From Balneolaceae bacterium (GTDB lineage: Bacteria > Bacteroidota > Rhodothermia > Balneolales > Balneolaceae): a DNA stretch of 64,000 nt. The notes under the pieces were generated by a model. It saw nothing but the letters and a program-made list of their open reading frames with translations, was not told the origin of the DNA and made no database searches. The stretch covers positions 62 to 64,061 of the forward strand of contig SKYV01000020.1 in NCBI GenBank assembly GCA_007127745.1, in the 5' to 3' direction. Of this stretch, positions 58,959 through 64,000 are shown in pieces. The translations under genes and the position numbers were made by a program. Within the stretch, counting starts at the first letter, position 1, and each line of letters starts with the position of its first letter.

Positions 58959-60053
58959 TTAAACATTGAACCGGAATAAAATTATATCCCCGTCCTTTAC
59001 AACGTAATTTTTTCCTTCCTGTCGCATTTTTCCGGCATCTTTTGCTGCTTTCTCGGATCCCAATTGTTCAAAATCTTCAAACGATATAGTTTCTGCCCGG
59101 ATAAAACCCCGTTCAAAATCGGTGTGAATAGTTCCGGCAGCCTGTGGAGCTTTTGTTCCTTTCCGAATAGTCCAGGCACGAACCTCTTTAGGGCCGGCCG
59201 TAAAATACGTGATAAGACCAAGATTTTCGTAGGCAGCTCGTATCAGCCGGTCAAGTCCGGAGCGTTCAACGCCTAATTCTTCAAGAAACATTTCTTTTTC
59301 TTCCGGCTCAAGTTCGGCTATCTCGGCCTCAATTTTAGCACAAAACATGACCAGATTATCGTTGAACAGGCTTGCAACTTCTCTGACACTGTCCACATAC
59401 TGATTACCCGAATTAATTTCAGACTCTCCCACATTACAGGCATAGAGTACGGGTTTTTCGGAGAGCAGGAACAGATCGTTGTAAAACTGTTTTTCATCTT
59501 GCTCAATTTTAAACGTTCTTGCAGTTTTGCCGGATTCTAAATGTTCAGCCAGTGCTTCTATTACTTTCAGCTGATCCTTAATTTTTTTATCTCCGCTTTT
59601 GGCCTGTTTCTTTACATTTTCCAGTCTCTTTTCTACAGACTCAAGATCCTTCAAAATCAACTCGTCCTCGATTATGCGGATGTCTCGTTCCGGATCAACA
59701 GATCCTTCAACATGAATAATATCATCATCATCAAAACATCGAACTACATGAACAATCAGGTCCACTTCACGTATGTGAGAAAGAAAGGCATTTCCTTTTC
59801 CTTTTCCCTCTGATGCTCCTTTCACCAATCCGGCGATGTCCACAAATTCAATTGTAGCCGGAATTGTTGCTTTGGGCTTTACAAGCTCAGATAGTTTATC
59901 CAATCTCCGATCGGGAACCGGAACAAGCCCTACATTGGGATCAATCGTGCAAAACGGAAAATTGGCGGATTCAGCCCCGGCATCACTAAGAGCATTGAAA
60001 AGCGTAGACTTGCCAACATTTGGAAGGCCTACTATTCCACATTTAAGGTTCAT
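58959..60053 (-). CDS. ychF: Obg-family ATPase YchF
   Basis: GIVGLPNVGKSTLFNAL, NFPFCTIDPN, DIAGLV.GAS.G.G.GN.FL, FTAGPKEVRAW and IHTDFERGFIRAE. Confidence 0.98.
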   Translation of the reverse strand: MNLKCGIVGLPNVGKSTLFNALSDAGAESANFPFCTIDPNVGLVPVPDRRLDKLSELVKPKATIPATIEFVDIAGLVKGASEGKGKGNAFLSHIREVDLIVHVVRCFDDDDIIHVEGSVDPERDIRIIEDELILKDLESVEKRLENVKKQAKSGDKKIKDQLKVIEALAEHLESGKTARTFKIEQDEKQFYNDLFLLSEKPVLYACNVGESEINSGNQYVDSVREVASLFNDNLVMFCAKIEAEIAELEPEEKEMFLEELGVERSGLDRLIRAAYENLGLITYFTAGPKEVRAWTIRKGTKAPQAAGTIHTDFERGFIRAETISFEDFEQLGSEKAAKDAGKMRQEGKNYVVKDGDIILFRFNV

Positions 60054-60163
60054 AATATTTTGGTATTTAATATGTTAAAAGCATTATCAAGAAATTTTAT
60101 AAAAGTAGTGTGCCGAATAGATGTCAGAGAGTACAGATGTGGCATTTTGAATATGAATAGAAA

Positions 60164-60826
60164 TCAGTCGAGCGACTCCTGCTGAATAAACTGGGCTTCA
60201 GGCAATACAACTGCTGTTAATTTTCCATAACCAAGTTCATTGTAAACACAGCCTGTGTCAATGCCAATCATATTCGGTTTTCGAATAGGGTAAGGTCTTG
60301 GGGTGTGGCCAAAGATAACTGTTTTTTCCCAGGGAGTTTCAAAAGCATTCAGGTGTTCACGTCCCCACAGAAAAAAGTGTTCTGATCTGCTGTCTTGTTT
60401 GCTCTGTTCCAGTGTCTGGTGTGGCGGTGCACCAGCGTGTACAAAAAAATAATTCTCTGATTCGTGATAAAACTTTGTTTCTTTATAAAAAGTAATGTGA
60501 GATTCAGGAATTTCTGAAACATTCCGGGGATTGTTGTATGAATTTAATGTTACATCCCCGCCGTTATACATCCAGTTTTGTTGTTCATTATTCAGAAGTG
60601 CGTCTAATAGCATCTGTTCGTGGTTACCTCTGAGGAAAACACATTCCCGGTCGTGACGCACATCAAGCAAGAAATCCACCACACCTTTCGAATCCGGCCC
60701 GCGGTCTATATAATCACCAATAAAAACATGAATTGCATCTTTATGAGGCTTCAGTTTATTCCATAGTGTTTTCAGCGAACGAACGCATCCATGAATATCA
60801 CCGATTGCAACAAACTTTTTATCCAT
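60164..60826 (-). CDS. Metallophosphoesterase (PPP/ApaH-like)
   Basis: GDIHG, GDYIDRG, GNHE, FVHAG, FGHTP and IDTG. Confidence 0.92.
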   Translation of the reverse strand: MDKKFVAIGDIHGCVRSLKTLWNKLKPHKDAIHVFIGDYIDRGPDSKGVVDFLLDVRHDRECVFLRGNHEQMLLDALLNNEQQNWMYNGGDVTLNSYNNPRNVSEIPESHITFYKETKFYHESENYFFVHAGAPPHQTLEQSKQDSRSEHFFLWGREHLNAFETPWEKTVIFGHTPRPYPIRKPNMIGIDTGCVYNELGYGKLTAVVLPEAQFIQQESLD

Positions 60827-61287
60827 TAGTGATTTGAGGTTTCGATCAGGCCTCTTCCTTTTTTATTGATTTTATTCTCTTTAAGAAAATGAGTCAGCGC
60901 TGCATCCAAAATTCCATTTACGAAATTACCACTTTTACGTGTAGAGTATTGTTTTGCCAATTCAATGGCCTCGTTAATCGTAACTTTGGTAGGAACATCA
61001 TCAAAATAAAGTAATTCAGAAATAGCCATTCGCAGTATTAGTTTGTCAACAATAGCCAGTCTGTGCACTTCCCAGTTTTTTATATGGTGGTCTATAATTG
61101 TATCAAATTCTGATGCATGGTCAACCGTAATCAAGAGCAGTTTTTCGGCAAACTTAACAGCTTCAGTCTCATTATTGAGTAACGGCTTGAGAATCTGTTT
61201 TGTGGTCTGTTGGGGTATATTTTTTCCAACCTCAACAGCATAAATTGCCTTTAAAGCAGCTTCCCGGGATGCTCTTCTGTTTTGCAT
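60826..61287 (-). CDS. nusB: Transcription antitermination factor NusB
   Basis: RRASREAAL, NWEVHRLAIVDKLILR, VTINEAIELAK.YS and FVNGILD. Confidence 0.96.
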   Translation of the reverse strand: MQNRRASREAALKAIYAVEVGKNIPQQTTKQILKPLLNNETEAVKFAEKLLLITVDHASEFDTIIDHHIKNWEVHRLAIVDKLILRMAISELLYFDDVPTKVTINEAIELAKQYSTRKSGNFVNGILDAALTHFLKENKINKKGRGLIETSNH

Positions 61288-61403
61288 ATGATTTCTGAAT
61301 TTTCAAAGACAGGTAAAATACAAAGGTTTGTGCTTAGCTGAAAGAACCTTTCAATACTTTCTGTTGCGATTAAAGTAAAAGGGTTGGTATATTTAATGTT
61401 GTC

Positions 61404-61477
61404 GGGTTCATAGCTCAGTTGGTTAGAGCGCATCGTTGACATCGATGAGGTCGGCAGTTCGAATCTGCCTGAACCCA
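61404..61477 (+). tRNA. tRNA-Val(GAC)
   Basis: Cloverleaf: GGGTTCA/TGAACCC acceptor stem, GCTC/GAGC D-stem, CATCG-TTGACAT-CGATG anticodon arm, GGCAG-TTCGAAT-CTGCC T-arm. CCA is not encoded. Confidence 0.97.
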
Positions 61478-61594
61478 CTACAGCATGCCCTTCTTACATC
61501 CTTAAAACGGCACTTTTAAAAATTCTGGATAGCCATAAAGAATGGCAGTATTCACACGTGGTTGAAATAATTTGGGGAGTTTTACCAGCGCCTA

Positions 61595-62731
61595 TCATTT
61601 CTGCCTTGCTATATACATGCTTCGGTAATCTTCCTCATCACTCTGCCGAAATGCAATATACCATCTTCCCTGGTACATGAATAACTGCCTTGATACACCC
61701 GCACTGGATGAAAATCCGGTAGAAAAAAGATAATCCGGCTCATGGTCTAAATCATCCAATGTATCTCCATGCACAAGACCGATTGCCCTCATTTCCGGAT
61801 CATTTGGATCACGAATATTCCGAACCGTGTACCATTTTCTGGCAAAGTAGAACGGCATGGGTCGGTGCTGCGGACTTCTTACATATTCCCATCCATTCAT
61901 CGGGTCTTGTGATCGAATAGTGAAGACATAATCCAATTCCCTGTTTGTGCTACCCCCAACCTGCAAGTATATATATCCATCATGGAAAGTGGCACCAAAC
62001 GCATACACTCTTCCCTGCCTTGTTACATCAGAAATGCCTGAGAATGTTTCGGGGCTAAAATCAACCATATCCAGAATATGAAACAGCGGCCGGTTTTTTG
62101 TCAGATATTCCCAATTTATAATATCTTTGGATTTAGCCACACCCAAAGCACGTCGCCCAGGATATTTGTCATTATCCCCTCCTTCAGCAAAATCACCGTA
62201 AAACAAATAAAACACCTCGTGATCGGGGTGCCAGACCAGTGCATAGGGATTTGTGCGGTCTCTGCCTTGCCATGCTCTTTGCGGTTCATCAAACACCGGA
62301 TTGTCATAATAATCTCTCAGGTTCCAGTCTTCATCAAATGCCATTAAGCTGCCTGCCTGTGTGCGTGAACCTGAATAACCACGTTCACCATATATCTCAA
62401 AATATTTATCATATTCAGACCAGGCGTTGTTGTAAAAAAGAGCAAGATTATTTTCGGTCAAATAGAAACCGACAGGATCAATTTTACGCTGGCCAATAGT
62501 CTGACTATGATGCACGATCGGATTTCCATCATTCAAAATCTCCCAATCATCAGGGTTGGTTGATGGCGGATCAAAACTGTGATCAGTTTCAATTCCGTGG
62601 ATATTTGCCATACCGGGCACCTGACCGGTTACGGGAGGCGAATATTCGGGGTAATCACGATCAACATTCTGATATGCAATACCAAGAATAAACAAAATGA
62701 TCAGTAACAGAAATAGGCTCTGATTTCTCAT
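61595..62731 (-). CDS. Membrane-anchored/secreted beta-propeller protein, glycoside hydrolase-like
   Basis: N-terminal hydrophobic anchor; blade-like repeats (GNPIV, DNPVF, FYLFY, LGVAKSKDIINWEY, RSQDPMNGWE). Confidence 0.6.
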   Translation of the reverse strand: MRNQSLFLLLIILFILGIAYQNVDRDYPEYSPPVTGQVPGMANIHGIETDHSFDPPSTNPDDWEILNDGNPIVHHSQTIGQRKIDPVGFYLTENNLALFYNNAWSEYDKYFEIYGERGYSGSRTQAGSLMAFDEDWNLRDYYDNPVFDEPQRAWQGRDRTNPYALVWHPDHEVFYLFYGDFAEGGDNDKYPGRRALGVAKSKDIINWEYLTKNRPLFHILDMVDFSPETFSGISDVTRQGRVYAFGATFHDGYIYLQVGGSTNRELDYVFTIRSQDPMNGWEYVRSPQHRPMPFYFARKWYTVRNIRDPNDPEMRAIGLVHGDTLDDLDHEPDYLFSTGFSSSAGVSRQLFMYQGRWYIAFRQSDEEDYRSMYIARQK

Positions 62732-62953
62732 ATAGAGAGTATCTTTTATACCTTTTAACTTAGTCCAGTATCATAGAAATAAAAAAAATGATGGTCTTAT
62801 TTTGAAAGCAAAGTGAATTACTACAGACGGTTATAACCAAGGCTATCAATTCACGAACTGATCGGCCGAATATTGCAAAATGAATGAATTTTTCTTTACA
62901 GTAAAACAGAGAAATACGTGTTAACTGATTGAGTTTATTTGAAATTGGAGCCA

Positions 62954-63559
62954 TCACTGATACTTGATCAAAAGATCGAGTAGTTTGCGGTCCAGTTGAT
63001 GTCCGTACCAATCTTCATAATCCAAATCGCTTCGGCCGGAATTGAGTATGCCAAAACTACCCGAAAACTCCCAGAGCCCGTACCCGATTCCGTTCGAGGT
63101 GAGAATATACGGTGTGTCTTCAAACCAGGCGAGAAACAAATCATGCGGTGTTTGATTATAGCAACCCAGCTCTCCGCCGCGCACCATGGTTCCGCGCAGG
63201 CTGTACTGGGAGTAGTTGGGGCTTACATCACCTGCACTAAGCCTGGCCCATTTATAGCTTCCAAAAAAACTGAACCGATTCATGGATTGACGAAACTCAT
63301 TGTCATCCGTACTGTAGCGAAGATCCAGCCCGGAGCTAAAACCAAGAAATGAATAGTACATATTCGCAGCCGTAAGAGCTCCTAACGTTTCACGGCGGTC
63401 AAAAAGCTGGGTTGTTGTGTAGGCATGGCTCTGAAAACTGATGTTTCCCGAGAGCGAGTATACTTCAATATCCGTGTTGCCTACAGTCTGCTGCGAATGC
63501 GCTTTACAGGAAATACTCATAACAAATATGAATAGTAATATCCCCTTACCTCTTCTCAT
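62954..63559 (-). pseudogene. In-frame chimeric ORF: outer-membrane protein N-terminus fused to a GH5 glycoside hydrolase C-terminus
   Basis: Residues 1-129 are a signal peptide plus beta-strand OMP-like sequence; residues 130-201 (ELGCYNQTPHD...GLWEFSGSFGILNSGR..YEDWYGHQLDRKLL) resemble a GH5 C-terminus. Confidence 0.65.
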
Positions 63560-63586
63560 ACACTTATGATATATTTTAATAATTAT

Positions 63587-63786
63587 TTAAAACCAAGGTG
63601 ACTTACAACGAAATTCAAAAGAACCGGACAGACTTTCTCCGTCAACATTTTTGAAATGATTTTTACCCGATACACTGCCGGCATCAACATCCAGATGAAT
63701 CGCCCCCCCTAACTGACCATGTAAACGGAAATAATGAGCACGAAAACCAACCCTGAGTTTTTAAGCAGAATGGATAGATTTTTCAT
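63587..63786 (-). pseudogene. Possible remnant of a secreted beta-rich protein gene
   Basis: A 25-codon signal-peptide-like ORF (63786-63709), then out-of-frame segments GGAIHLDVDAGSVSGKI and FKNVDGESLSGSFEFRC, loosely similar to the neighbouring gene's C-terminus. Confidence 0.3.
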
Positions 63787-63828
63787 TACGTGTTTTGTTA
63801 GTTGACGTCTGAAAGTTGATTATTTGGC

Positions 63829-63999
63829 TTAACAGTTTGGATTAAACTGCCCGCCAATACAACTCGCCCTTAATCCGCCTTTGACCGTTACGCTTCCGCC
63901 TTCCGGGCCCGTTGCTGAAAATTCAAATTCAGCCTCCACCAAACCACTTGAATAGGATGTGATATTTAAAGTACCCCCTGAATTTCCTATGGTTTCGTA
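63829..63999 (-). CDS. 3' end of a hypothetical beta-rich (probably secreted) protein; 5' part outside window
   Basis: Frame open from the window edge: YETIGNSGGTLNITSYSSGLVEAEFEFSATGPEGGSVTVKGGLRASCIGGQFNPNC*. Confidence 0.6.
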   Translation of the reverse strand, partial: YETIGNSGGTLNITSYSSGLVEAEFEFSATGPEGGSVTVKGGLRASCIGGQFNPNC

Positions 64000-64000
64000 A

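Noticed and set aside
61251-61478. 75-aa ORF beginning MGSGRFELPTSSMST
   Set aside because: This is the antisense translation of tRNA-Val.
63703-63709. G7 tract as a phase-variation switch
   Set aside because: The TAG stop uses the first G of the run, so changing tract length would not reopen the frame.

Overview
A gene-dense bacterial chromosome segment, mostly housekeeping. Gene content and protein style suggest Balneolota (Rhodohalobacter/Balneola-like) or a related Bacteroidota-like lineage; this is inferred, not database-checked. Core genes include nuoI, pssA-psd-rseP-dxr, aroE, tmk, bshC, holA, purD, tpiA, gatB, dnaG, deoC, ychF, nusB and tRNA-Val(GAC). I saw no integrase, transposase, CRISPR array or phage gene. 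Accessory modules: (i) a retropepsin-RimK-AstE/AspA-DUF952 cluster; (ii) a START protein divergent from an outer-membrane barrel plus MMPL exporter; (iii) a coupled luxE/luxC-like pair without luciferase; (iv) a complete non-phosphorylative L-fucose pathway lying between convergent Fe(III) ABC permease and binding-protein genes, with REP-like palindromes in two spacers and a perfect Fur-like box upstream of the binding protein; (v) deoC followed by an active ALDH and a catalytically dead half-ALDH (split ALDH16-like); (vi) an apparently decaying region after tRNA-Val, containing a beta-propeller glycosidase-like gene and an in-frame chimera of an outer-membrane protein N-terminus with a GH5 C-terminus. 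A minimal SUI1/YciH gene appears restricted to a non-AUG start. All family assignments come from motif recognition by eye; no searches were run.
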